Of a stretch of 64,000 nt of DNA, positions 1-9,144 are shown piece after piece. Positions within the stretch are counted from its first letter, which is position 1; each line of letters starts with the position of its first letter. The notes beneath the pieces were generated by a model, which did not search any database, had not been told where the DNA came from, and worked only from the letters and a program-made list of their open reading frames with translations. The stretch is from Candidatus Multivoradales bacterium (GTDB lineage Bacteria; Acidobacteriota; Thermoanaerobaculia; Multivoradales; JAHEKO01), in NCBI GenBank assembly GCA_965223855.1, contig CBDCXM010000009.1:352001-416000 (forward strand). The letters are read 5' to 3'. A program made the translations under genes and the position numbers.

Positions 1-661
1 CACGGTGGCCGTGAGCGGTCAGGAAGAGGAGCGCACGAGTGCTCAGAGCTCGCTCCTGATGGCGATGGCGCTGGCGATCTTCCTCGTCTACCTGGTGATG
101 GCCTCGCAGTTCGAGTCGTTCCTCCACCCGTTCGTCATCATCTTCTCGCTGCCGCTCGGTGCGATCGGCGTCGTGATGGCGCTCGGCGTCACCGGCAACA
201 GCGTCAACATCGTGGCGATGATCGGCGCCGTCATGCTGGCCGGCATCGTCGTCAACAACGCGATCGTCCTCATCGACGCCGTCAACCAGCGGCGGCGCGC
301 CGGGATGGCGAAAGAGGAAGCGCTGCTGGCCGCCGGCTCCGACCGCCTGCGGCCGATTCTCATGACGTCCGCAACGACCGTGCTCGGCCTGCTGCCGATG
401 GCCCTCGGCCTCGGCGAGGGGGCGGAGCTTCGGGCGCCGCTCGCGATCACCGTGATCGGCGGTCTCACCGTGGCGACGCTCCTGACCCTGATCGTCATCC
501 CGGTGGTCTACGCCACCTTCGACCGCCGCGAGTCGCTCGCCGAGGAGGATCTCGGAGAGCCCGAGGACGACGACCAGGCGAAGGCCGAAGATGACGAAGC
601 CGCCGCAGACGAGGAACCGGACCTCGACGACGCCCTCGAAGCCGGAGCCGCCGGCGCCTGA
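1..661 (+). CDS. RND efflux transporter permease subunit (AcrB/MdtB family), 5'-partial
   Basis: C-terminal RND transmembrane motifs: LVYLVMASQFES, GIVVNNAIVLID, RLRPILMT, APLAITVIGGL. Acidic tail. Gene begins before the window. Confidence 0.93.
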   Translation, partial: TVAVSGQEEERTSAQSSLLMAMALAIFLVYLVMASQFESFLHPFVIIFSLPLGAIGVVMALGVTGNSVNIVAMIGAVMLAGIVVNNAIVLIDAVNQRRRAGMAKEEALLAAGSDRLRPILMTSATTVLGLLPMALGLGEGAELRAPLAITVIGGLTVATLLTLIVIPVVYATFDRRESLAEEDLGEPEDDDQAKAEDDEAAADEEPDLDDALEAGAAGA

Positions 662-689
662 CCGCCGGCCGATCGACAAGGAAGCCGCG

Positions 690-3600
690 ATGAGCCTGCT
701 CAAACTCTCCGTCAGCCGCCCCGTCACCACCGCGATGGTGCTGGTGAGCATCCTCGTGCTCGGGGGTATCGCCGCCGCGCGCCTGCCGCTCGCCTACCTG
801 CCGGAGATCGACGTGCCGTTCATCGGCATCCAGATCCCCTACCCCAACTCGAATCCGCAGCAGATCGAGAAGGAGATCGTGCGGCCGGTCGAGGAGCTGC
901 TGGCAACGCTGCCGGGAGTCAACTCGCTCAACGCCAACGCCACCGCCGATCAGGCGGAGTTCTTCCTCGAGTTCGACTGGGGCAACTCGATCGACATCGT
1001 CCGCATGCAGGTGGGCGAGAAGATGGACCAGATCAAGCCCGAGCTGCCGGCCGGCATCGGCGAGGTCTTCATCTTCTCGTTCAACACGAGCGACATCCCG
1101 GTGGTCGAAGGGCGCATCTCAGCCCCCGGGGTCGATCTCTCCTCGAGCTACGAGCTGATCGAGGCGCGGGTGCTCAACCGCCTGCGCCGCATCCCCGGCG
1201 TCGGCCGGGTCGACCTCGACGGCGTGCTGCCGCGCGAGATCTTCATCGACCTCGTACTCGACGAGATCGCCGCCCACAACGTCGACGTCAGCGCGCTGAT
1301 CGGCAAGCTCCAGGGGGCGACCTCGAACCTCGTCCTCGGTCAGGTGGCGGACGATCAGATGAGCTTCACCGCCCGCGCCGTGGGTGACTTCGAGTCGGTC
1401 GAGGAGATCCAGACCCTCGCCATCGACCAGCGCGGGCTGACCCTCGGCGACATTGCCGAGATCTCCTACGAGCAGCCGCCGATCGGCCACGGCCGGCATC
1501 TCGACGGCTCCTACGCCGTCGCCCTGATGGTGTTCAAGGAGTCGACCGCCAACACCGTCGACGTCGCCAACGAGGTGTTGCGGGTGCTCGACGAGGACAT
1601 CGGCGCCGATCCGCTCCTCCAGGGGATCAACGTCTTCATGTGGGACAACCAGGCGGACGCGATCACCAACGGCGTGCAGGGGCTCCTGATGGCGGGCATC
1701 ATCGGCGGCCTGCTGGCGGTGCTGTGCCTCTACTTCTTCCTGCGGCGGCTCGATTCGACGCTGATCGTCTCGCTGTCGATCCCGTTCTCGATCATCGCCG
1801 CGTGCGGCATCCTCTACTTCCTCGGCGGATCGCTGAACATCCTGTCGATGATGGGGTTGATGCTCGCGGTCGGCATGCTGGTCGACAACGGCGTCGTGGT
1901 GCTCGAATCGATCGACCGCCACCACCGGACGGAGAAGAACCGCAAGAAGTCGGCGCTCCAGGGCGCCCGCGAGGTCGTCGTGGCGGTCGGCAGCTCGACC
2001 CTCACCACCGTGATCGTCTTCCTGCCGCTGATCCTCGGCGGCAAGACCGACCTCGCCGTCTGGCTCAAGGAGATCGGGGTCGCGATCACCATCGCCCTCG
2101 GCTGCTCGCTCTTCACCGCGATGACGCTGATCCCGCTGATGTCGGCACACTTCCTCGGCCGCAAGAGGTCGAAGCCGATCCGGGCGATGTCGAAGCTCGA
2201 GGATCGCTACGCGGCCATCCTCGGATGGACCCTCACCCGGCCGTGGAAGACGGCGGGCCTGATGATCCTCTTCGCGGTGCTGGGTGTGGTGCCGATGATG
2301 ACCGGCATGGTCGACGCGGCGATGTTCTCCGGCACGCTCAACGAGCGGATCTACTTCAGCTACGAGTTCTCGGAATTCGCCTACAAGTCGCAGGCCGAAG
2401 ACGCGGTCGACGTGGTCGAGAAGGCGATCGAGCCCCACAAGGTGCGGCTCGGCATCGATTCGGTCTACAGCTACTACACCTCGAACGAGGCGGGCACGAC
2501 GCTGACGCTGGCGCAGAAGAACCTCTCGGACGACGAGGTCAAGGAGCTGCGCAAGCAGGTGCGCGAGGTGCTTCCGGAGATGGCGGGCGTCAAGTTGCGC
2601 TTCGACGAGGAGTCGGACTCCGGCGGCAACTCGACCTACTTCGCCGTCAAGTTCTTCGGTCAGGACACCGACGTGCTGCTCGATCTGGCGACCGAGGCGG
2701 CGCGGCGCATCGACACCGTCGAGGGGGTCGAGGACGTCCGCACCCCGTTCAAGGAGGCGCAGCGCGAGATCCAGGTGTCGATCGACCGCGAGAAGGCTAC
2801 CCGCCAGGGGCTGACCGCCCAGGACATGGCGAACATCTTCTCCTTCACCCTCGGCTCGATGCGGCTGCCGCGCTTCGACGCCGGAGATCGCGAGGTCGAC
2901 ACCTGGCTGGCGCTGCGCATCGAGGACCGCGAGAACCTCGAGGATCTCAAGAAGATCCAGATCGGCGGTAGCGACGACCGGCCGGTGCGGCTGGGCGACG
3001 TCGCGAACTTCCAGTTCGTCAGCCGCCCGCGCGAGATCCAGCGCGAGAACCGCAAGGTGCGGATGGCGGTGCGCGCCACCTACGAGGGCGAGGACTGGGA
3101 GAGCACCCAGAAGGAGATCGAGGGGCTGATGAACGCCTTCGAGCTCCCCGCAGGCTATTCCTGGAGCTGGAACGACCGCATCATCGAGCAGGGGCAGCAG
3201 AACGCCCAGATGGGGGTCAACATGCTGCTGGCGCTGCTGCTGGTCTACATCGTCATGGCATCGCTCTTCGAATCGCTCGCCCAGCCGTTCGCGATCCTCT
3301 TCTCGATCCTCTTCGCCCTCCCCGGAGTCTTCTGGGCGCTGGCGCTCACCGGCACCTCGTTCAACCTGATGGCGCAGATCGGCATCCTCATCCTGATGGG
3401 GATCGTCGTGAACAACGGCATCGTGCTGCTCGACCACGTGAAGAGGCTGCGCGACAGCGGCCTCACCCAGCACGACGCCTTCCTCCGCGCCGGCCGCGAG
3501 CGGCTGCGGCCGATCCTCATGACCGCCTCGACCACCGTCATCGGCCTGCTGCCGCTGGCGGTGCGCGGCCCCAACGCCGGCGGCGTCTTCTACTACCCGC

Positions 3601-3782
3601 TGGCGCGCACCGTGATGGGGGGGCTCATCTCCTCCGTCATCCTGACCCTCATCATCCTCCCCTTCTGGAGCGTCTTCATCGAGAAGGGCGTCGCCTGGCT
3701 GCGCAACATCTGGCGCCTGTCGGGCGCGCGCAAGAGCGACGGCGAGGCGGGGGTGCCGGTGGCGGCCGAGACGACGAGCTGA
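690..3782 (+). CDS. RND efflux transporter permease subunit (AcrB/MdtC family)
   Basis: About 1030 aa from ATG 690 (MSLLKLSVSRPVTT). Motifs GMLVDNGVVVLE, GIVVNNGIVLLD and RLRPILMT, with two large periplasmic loops. Tandem with the upstream permease. Confidence 0.95.
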   Translation: MSLLKLSVSRPVTTAMVLVSILVLGGIAAARLPLAYLPEIDVPFIGIQIPYPNSNPQQIEKEIVRPVEELLATLPGVNSLNANATADQAEFFLEFDWGNSIDIVRMQVGEKMDQIKPELPAGIGEVFIFSFNTSDIPVVEGRISAPGVDLSSSYELIEARVLNRLRRIPGVGRVDLDGVLPREIFIDLVLDEIAAHNVDVSALIGKLQGATSNLVLGQVADDQMSFTARAVGDFESVEEIQTLAIDQRGLTLGDIAEISYEQPPIGHGRHLDGSYAVALMVFKESTANTVDVANEVLRVLDEDIGADPLLQGINVFMWDNQADAITNGVQGLLMAGIIGGLLAVLCLYFFLRRLDSTLIVSLSIPFSIIAACGILYFLGGSLNILSMMGLMLAVGMLVDNGVVVLESIDRHHRTEKNRKKSALQGAREVVVAVGSSTLTTVIVFLPLILGGKTDLAVWLKEIGVAITIALGCSLFTAMTLIPLMSAHFLGRKRSKPIRAMSKLEDRYAAILGWTLTRPWKTAGLMILFAVLGVVPMMTGMVDAAMFSGTLNERIYFSYEFSEFAYKSQAEDAVDVVEKAIEPHKVRLGIDSVYSYYTSNEAGTTLTLAQKNLSDDEVKELRKQVREVLPEMAGVKLRFDEESDSGGNSTYFAVKFFGQDTDVLLDLATEAARRIDTVEGVEDVRTPFKEAQREIQVSIDREKATRQGLTAQDMANIFSFTLGSMRLPRFDAGDREVDTWLALRIEDRENLEDLKKIQIGGSDDRPVRLGDVANFQFVSRPREIQRENRKVRMAVRATYEGEDWESTQKEIEGLMNAFELPAGYSWSWNDRIIEQGQQNAQMGVNMLLALLLVYIVMASLFESLAQPFAILFSILFALPGVFWALALTGTSFNLMAQIGILILMGIVVNNGIVLLDHVKRLRDSGLTQHDAFLRAGRERLRPILMTASTTVIGLLPLAVRGPNAGGVFYYPLARTVMGGLISSVILTLIILPFWSVFIEKGVAWLRNIWRLSGARKSDGEAGVPVAAETTS

Positions 3783-3788
3783 AGTCGC

Positions 3789-3969
3789 TAACCCGGACTT
3801 CTCACCAGGTTTCTGCTCCAGGTCCGTGACTTGTTGGAGATACGAGGCTCTTCGTCCTGAGCAGCGCAGGCGTAGCCGTAGCTACATCGAGGAGCGCAGG
3901 GACGGAGAAACGCAGTAGATCCAGCAAGATACGGGCCTGGAGTAGGGAGCTGGTGAGAGGTCCGGGCTA
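3789..3969 (+). repeat. About 180-bp imperfect foldback (MITE/REP-like) element bounded by TA dinucleotides
   Basis: Left arm CCCGGACTTCTCACCAG.TTTCTGCTCCAGGTCCGT pairs with right arm ACGGGCCTGGAGTAGGGA.CTGGTGAGAGGTCCGGG. Apex GTAGC-CGTA-GCTAC. Lies between convergent genes. Confidence 0.75.
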
Positions 3970-5292
3970 GGGGACGGTCACCGACCAGGCCGAGGTGTCG
4001 CCTGACTCGAAGCCGTCTTCGAAGATCGGCGGGAGTCTGAACACCCAGGCGATGCCGTGGGGCTCGAACTGGATGTTGTTGGAGTTGCCGACGAGGAGCC
4101 GGGAACCGCTGAATGAGAGGGCCTCACCGAATGTGTCGAGGATCTGGCCGACCGGCGCTCGGAAAGTACCTACCTCTACCCATTCACCGTCGATGTAGCG
4201 GTTGTCGTAGACGATCCCCTGCCTGATCTGAGCGCCGTTGTCGCTCTCGCCGCCTACGAGGGCGATGTTGCCCCTCAGGGCCACGGCAGTGCCGTAGTAG
4301 TTGCCGTTGTTGGCGGCGTCCGACGCCAGGAGCTGTTGTTCTTCGCTCCAAACACCTCCTGAGCGACGGAAGACGTAGGCGGCACCGGGGCCGGGACCGC
4401 TTGGCGAAGGGTGCTGTTGCGCGCCAGCGAGCAGCGCATCTGGCTCCAGGGAGACAGAGAAACCCAGCATGGTGGCAAGAGTCCCGTCAGAAGCGCCCAG
4501 CTTCTGCTGAAACTGCCAGTTGGAGCCGTCGAAGGTGTAGACGAAGACCGCACCGGAGTTGAGACCTCCGGTGGTGTCGTTGCTGAAGTCGCCCACGACG
4601 AGGTCGTCCCCTCGCAGATCTACGGCCCAGCCGAAGCTGTGGCTACTGGACGGAGCCGAGTCGGTCAACTTCTGCCTCTCGATCCACTGATGGCCTATTC
4701 GCTCGAAGTAGTAGACAGCTCCAGGGGTGGCCGTGTCGGCCCCGGCCCGCATGGCTCCCACAGCCAGCCGGTCTCCCTCTAGTGCAAGAGCCCTCGCGAA
4801 GTGGTCCTGTTCGTCGCTGTCTGACCCTCGAATCTTGTCGACCTCGATCCAGTTGTCACCTACGCCGCGAATGAAGTAGTAGAAACTCCCCTGGTTCAAT
4901 TCGTCGTCGTCGAACGGTGCCCCGACGATGGCTACGCTCCCATCGATGGCGACCGCAACTCCGAAACCGTCGCCCTCAGCGCCATCGGAAGCTGTAAGCA
5001 TCGCGTCCTCAACCCAGGTTTCACCTTCGCGCTTGAAGATCCATGCGGCGCCCTGCTCTTCCTGTCCGCCGATGTCAGCTCCGTTGGCGCCGACGATGGC
5101 GTAGTCGCCATCGATATCGACTGCCGAACCGAACCTCCAGCCGCTCTGTTGCATGACACCTTGCAGCTGAGCCTCGGCCTCCCATTGGCCGCCGGAACCT
5201 TCGGAGGCTGCGGCCAGGCCTACAACGTTCGCGACCGGCAGGAGCAGTAGCGTGAGCGCCCGTCGCTTGGCTCTAGGGGCAAACGGTTCCAT
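3967..5292 (-). CDS. Secreted FG-GAP (integrin-alpha-like beta-propeller) repeat protein with C-terminal IFEDGFESGDTSAWS motif
   Basis: About 7 repeats of FGxAVAIDGDxxxVGA...GAxYxF. N-terminal hydrophobic signal. Terminal PPIFEDGFESGDTSAWSVTVP. Confidence 0.9.
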   Translation of the reverse strand: MEPFAPRAKRRALTLLLLPVANVVGLAAASEGSGGQWEAEAQLQGVMQQSGWRFGSAVDIDGDYAIVGANGADIGGQEEQGAAWIFKREGETWVEDAMLTASDGAEGDGFGVAVAIDGSVAIVGAPFDDDELNQGSFYYFIRGVGDNWIEVDKIRGSDSDEQDHFARALALEGDRLAVGAMRAGADTATPGAVYYFERIGHQWIERQKLTDSAPSSSHSFGWAVDLRGDDLVVGDFSNDTTGGLNSGAVFVYTFDGSNWQFQQKLGASDGTLATMLGFSVSLEPDALLAGAQQHPSPSGPGPGAAYVFRRSGGVWSEEQQLLASDAANNGNYYGTAVALRGNIALVGGESDNGAQIRQGIVYDNRYIDGEWVEVGTFRAPVGQILDTFGEALSFSGSRLLVGNSNNIQFEPHGIAWVFRLPPIFEDGFESGDTSAWSVTVP

Positions 5293-6421
5293 CGTCGATG
5301 GTCAAGCGTACATCCCATCGGGTGAAGCGAGCCCGAATGTTGCCTTGGGAACTTGGCCAGTTCGTGAGCCTGAGGGTCCATGGGCCGTCCGCTACCGTGC
5401 CTACGAAGACATTGTCTAGCAGCACCAATGGCGTCAGCTCGTCCTGGTCGTAGGCAACTTGGAGCTCGTCAGCCGGCTCGAAGTCTTTCAGGAGAATCGA
5501 CTGACCCTGAGGTCCTGTCAGGGCAACGGAGAATCTCGTATCCGCCGGCACACTGAAGCCGCGAAGCAAATAGACATCAGCGTCTGAAACCGTGCCGCCG
5601 ATCGGATCTGATGCGAACGTCAGTGTCGCCTCGGCCCACTCTCCGGGCTCGAGCACGCCCTCGTTCATCGAGGATGTCTCGATCTGCCTCAGATGGTCGA
5701 ACTTCACGTTCTGTGTCCGCCTGAACGTAGGGAATCCTGAGTCGTCCGAGGCCACCTCGATCTGCGCCGTCCTCACGATGGGGCAGTCCTCGGTGTCGTC
5801 GAAGGTCATCGCGATATCGACCGGAGGCTCGGGCGCATCGACCGGGGGCAGCGTGTGCGTTGAAGGCGAGGTCGCCGGGACGTTGTCGAAGAGAATCCAT
5901 CCCGCACCGCCAGCCGAGAGGGTGACGTCCTGCGGCACGATCCATCGGTTTCTCGGGTCGTAGGTGATCTGCGTTCCGGTGGGAAGGCCAAGGCCACCGT
6001 CTCCAGTCAGGTCTTTCGGTACAGAAAGTGTGAAGCCCTCTGTACCGACGAACACCCGATGGAGGATCGGTTCCCGAGTCTCGTAGGTGTAGTCAAAAAA
6101 AGCCAACGTTTCTTCGAAGACACCCGGACCCAGGCTGATGTTGTTGTTGGGCGCCACCTCGAGACTCACCTCCTGCCCCTCCCCTAGTGTGCCCGAAGTG
6201 GGCCCGCTCACCACATCGAAGAAGCTCGTGATCGGCTGGGGGTGAGACTTGACTTCCCATGGGAGCGGTGTGCCATCCGGAGTCCCGTCGAACGGCACGG
6301 CAACGTCGAAGGTCAGACCCGGGAAGTCGCTGGCGTCAGTAGGAGGGCCGTAGAACTCTGCTACGGGTCCGCTGAAGCTCTGATTCACCTGAATCCCGAG
6401 CGCAGGGATCGTTGTGTTCAT
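5273..6421 (-). CDS. BACON/Ig-like plus proprotein-convertase P-domain protein, probably 5'-truncated
   Basis: PTSGTLGEGQEVSLEV (BACON-like). C-terminal VALTGPQG...GTVADGPWTLRLTN...WDVRL (P-domain-like). No signal peptide or catalytic domain. Confidence 0.6.
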   Translation of the reverse strand: MNTTIPALGIQVNQSFSGPVAEFYGPPTDASDFPGLTFDVAVPFDGTPDGTPLPWEVKSHPQPITSFFDVVSGPTSGTLGEGQEVSLEVAPNNNISLGPGVFEETLAFFDYTYETREPILHRVFVGTEGFTLSVPKDLTGDGGLGLPTGTQITYDPRNRWIVPQDVTLSAGGAGWILFDNVPATSPSTHTLPPVDAPEPPVDIAMTFDDTEDCPIVRTAQIEVASDDSGFPTFRRTQNVKFDHLRQIETSSMNEGVLEPGEWAEATLTFASDPIGGTVSDADVYLLRGFSVPADTRFSVALTGPQGQSILLKDFEPADELQVAYDQDELTPLVLLDNVFVGTVADGPWTLRLTNWPSSQGNIRARFTRWDVRLTIDDGTVCP

Positions 6422-6465
6422 GCTCGACCCGAGGGGTCCCCATCCGACGCCCAGGGCACCGTCAA

Positions 6466-7800
6466 CTATGGGTCGAACGGGGCCCAGGCGTCAGCTACCT
6501 GTCGGTAGCGGTCACTGAGCCAGTCGGCGATGGCGGCCCGCTCCAGCTTGCGCTGTCCACCTGCTCGCGCGGGGGATCCGGCGTGACCGCGCACGCGCCA
6601 GCTCTCGGCAACGTCGCCGTCGTAGGCCGTCTCCGGAGCCTTCGCAACCTCGCGGTAGGCGTCACGGAACGGCTCCCCCTTCGCCACCCGCTGGTAGACG
6701 GCATCGGTTGCCGCGCTCGCAGGTTCGATCGCCGAGCGGCAGCGCTCGCGATCGACCTCGAGCCCTTCGAGCACCGGTACGAAGGTCACCAGCAGGTCGC
6801 GCGCCAGGGTCATCCCTTCGAGGAACGGCGCCTTGGTGAGCTGCAGGTCGCGGTGGTAGCCGGCGCCGACGCCGCCGTAGATATCCCCGATCTCGCCGAC
6901 CAACGAGCGCAACCGCGCCGCCGCGGCGCGGGCGATCTCGAGCGGGTCGGGGTTGCGTTTCTGCGGCATGATGCTCGAGCCGGTGGTGGTCGCGGCGCCG
7001 AGGCGCAGGAAGGCGTGCTCCTCGCCCGACCAGGCGATGAGGTCGCGGGCCAGTCGGCCGAGGTCGGTGGCGATCGCCGCGGCGACTCCGAGCACCAGCG
7101 CCTCGGTGCGGCCACGGTCGCTCTGGACGGCGACGGTGTTGACCTGCACGCGGTCGAAGCCGAGCAGCTCGGCGACCCGCTCGCGGTCGAGCGGCAGGGC
7201 AACGCCGTAGCCGGAGGCGCTGCCGAGCGGCGAGCGGTTGAGGTGGCCCCAGGCGGTCTCGATCCATGGCTGGTGGTCGAGCAACGCGTCGACCCAAGAG
7301 TCGAAGTAGTGGCCGAGCGTCGTCGGCATCGCCTGCCGGGTGTGGGTGTAGCCGGGCATGCTGGTCTCGGCGTGCTCCTGCGCCAGCCCGGCCAACGCGC
7401 CGACGGCCTCGAGGAGGGCCTTGTCGAGCTCGAGCAGCGCCTCGCGCCCCCACAGCCGCAGCGCCGCGATCACCTGATCGTTGCGGCTGCGGCCGGTGTG
7501 GATCCGCTTGCCGGCGTCGCCGAGCCTGGCCGTCAGCCGGTTCTCGATCGCGGTGTGCCCGTCCTCCTCTTCTGAGGCGATCGTGAAGTCGTCGTCCGCG
7601 GCGATCGCCGCGAGCTCCCGGCACAGCGCCTCCGCCTCTTCGGCGGAGAGCACACCGATCTCGGCGAGCATCGTTGCGTGCGCCGCGCTCGCCAGAGCGT
7701 CGTGCGGCACCAGCAGGAGGTCGAGCTCCGGGTCGCGACCGACGGTCAGTCGGGCGACGGCGGCCGACAGCGGCTCACCCTTGTCCCACAGCCGGCTCAC
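6466..7800 (-). CDS. argH: Argininosuccinate lyase
   Basis: HTGRSRNDQV, MPGYTHTRQAMP and the GSSIMPQKRNPD signature. GTG start at 7800 overlaps the argG stop (GTGA). Confidence 0.95.
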   Translation of the reverse strand: MSRLWDKGEPLSAAVARLTVGRDPELDLLLVPHDALASAAHATMLAEIGVLSAEEAEALCRELAAIAADDDFTIASEEEDGHTAIENRLTARLGDAGKRIHTGRSRNDQVIAALRLWGREALLELDKALLEAVGALAGLAQEHAETSMPGYTHTRQAMPTTLGHYFDSWVDALLDHQPWIETAWGHLNRSPLGSASGYGVALPLDRERVAELLGFDRVQVNTVAVQSDRGRTEALVLGVAAAIATDLGRLARDLIAWSGEEHAFLRLGAATTTGSSIMPQKRNPDPLEIARAAAARLRSLVGEIGDIYGGVGAGYHRDLQLTKAPFLEGMTLARDLLVTFVPVLEGLEVDRERCRSAIEPASAATDAVYQRVAKGEPFRDAYREVAKAPETAYDGDVAESWRVRGHAGSPARAGGQRKLERAAIADWLSDRYRQVADAWAPFDP

Positions 7801-9026
7801 GAGCCACTGTCGCCGAACTTGGTGATCACCCGGTGCGCCCGCAGGCGCAGCGAGTTGACGCGGATGAAGCCGCGCGCATCCTCGGCGTCGTAGCCCCCCT
7901 CGACGTCCATCGACGCGAGCGCCTGGTCGTAGAGCGAGCTCGGTGACGAGCGGCCGAGGATGGTGACCGAGCCCTTGTAGAGCCGCAGCCGCACCTCGCC
8001 GTCGATCAGCTTCTCCGACTGGTCGAAGGCGGCGCGGATGAAATCCATCTCGGGGCTGAACCAGAAGCCGTTGTAGATCAGTTCGGCGAACTTGGGTGCC
8101 AGCGAATCGCGGAGCCGCTGGACCTCTCGGTCCATGGCGATCCCCTCGAGGTCGCGCAGCGCGTGGTGGAGGATCGTGCCGCCCGGGGTCTCGTAGACGC
8201 CGCGCGACTTGATGCCGATGAAGCGGTTCTCGACGATGTCGATCCGGCCGATGCCATGGAGCCCGCCGAGTTCGTTGAGGCGGAGGAACAGCTCGAGCGG
8301 GTCGGAGATCCGACGGTAGCCGTCGTCGAGCTCGACCGGCCGCGCGTCGGCGAAGCGCAGCACGATCTCCTCCGGGTCGTCGGGGGCGTCGAGCGGCGAG
8401 CGGGTGAGCCGGAACATCTCTTCCGACGGCTCCTGCGCCGGGTCTTCGAGCATCCCCGCCTCGTAGCTGCAGTGCATCAGGTTCTCGTCGGTGCTGTAGG
8501 GCTTCGACACCGTCGCATCGACTTCGAGCCCCTGGGCGGCAGCGTACTCGAGCAGGTCCTGGCGCCCCTCGAAGCGCTCGAGGAACGCGCGGTCCTTCCA
8601 CGGCGAGACGACGTCGAGGTTGGCGGCCAGCCCCGCGTAGGCGAGTTCGAAGCGCACCTGGTCGTTGCCCTTGCCCGTGGCGCCGTGGGCGACGGCGCTC
8701 GCCCCGGTCTCGCGCGCCACCGCGATCTGCTCGCGGGCGATCAGCGGCCGCGCCAGGGCGGTGCCCAGCAGATAGCGGTTCTCGTAGATCGCGTTGCCCG
8801 CCACCGCCGGGAAGATGAAGTCGGTAACAAGCTCTTCGCGCAGGTCGCTCACGCGGACCTCGACCGCCCCCTGCTGCCTGGCGCGCTCGGCCACCGCCTC
8901 GAAGTCCTCCCGCTGGCCGACGTCGGCGACGAAGGCGACGACGTCCCACCCCTCCTCCTGAAGGAAGCGCAGGATGCAGGCCGTGTCGAGCCCGCCGCTG
9001 TAGGCGAGAACAATGCGTCGTTTCAT
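7797..9026 (-). CDS. argG: Argininosuccinate synthase
   Basis: LAYSGGLDT, YLLGTALARPLIA, HGATGKGNDQVRFE, ENRFIGIKSRGVYETPGGT. Confidence 0.98.
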   Translation of the reverse strand: MKRRIVLAYSGGLDTACILRFLQEEGWDVVAFVADVGQREDFEAVAERARQQGAVEVRVSDLREELVTDFIFPAVAGNAIYENRYLLGTALARPLIAREQIAVARETGASAVAHGATGKGNDQVRFELAYAGLAANLDVVSPWKDRAFLERFEGRQDLLEYAAAQGLEVDATVSKPYSTDENLMHCSYEAGMLEDPAQEPSEEMFRLTRSPLDAPDDPEEIVLRFADARPVELDDGYRRISDPLELFLRLNELGGLHGIGRIDIVENRFIGIKSRGVYETPGGTILHHALRDLEGIAMDREVQRLRDSLAPKFAELIYNGFWFSPEMDFIRAAFDQSEKLIDGEVRLRLYKGSVTILGRSSPSSLYDQALASMDVEGGYDAEDARGFIRVNSLRLRAHRVITKFGDSGS

Positions 9027-9144
9027 GGCGTCTCTCCGTCCGGAGGCGAGGCTACCGCCGTCTCAACTCCCGGCGCCAGTACCGCGGGTGGGGTTGTCGT
9101 CCCCGGGACCGGGGGTGCCCGCCCGCGAGGATCTATCGACCTGC

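Noticed and set aside
6466-8949. 827-aa extended argH suggesting an argG-argH fusion or frameshift
   Set aside because: The N-terminal 383 codons are an off-frame read of argG. A normal GTGA-coupled start exists at 7800.
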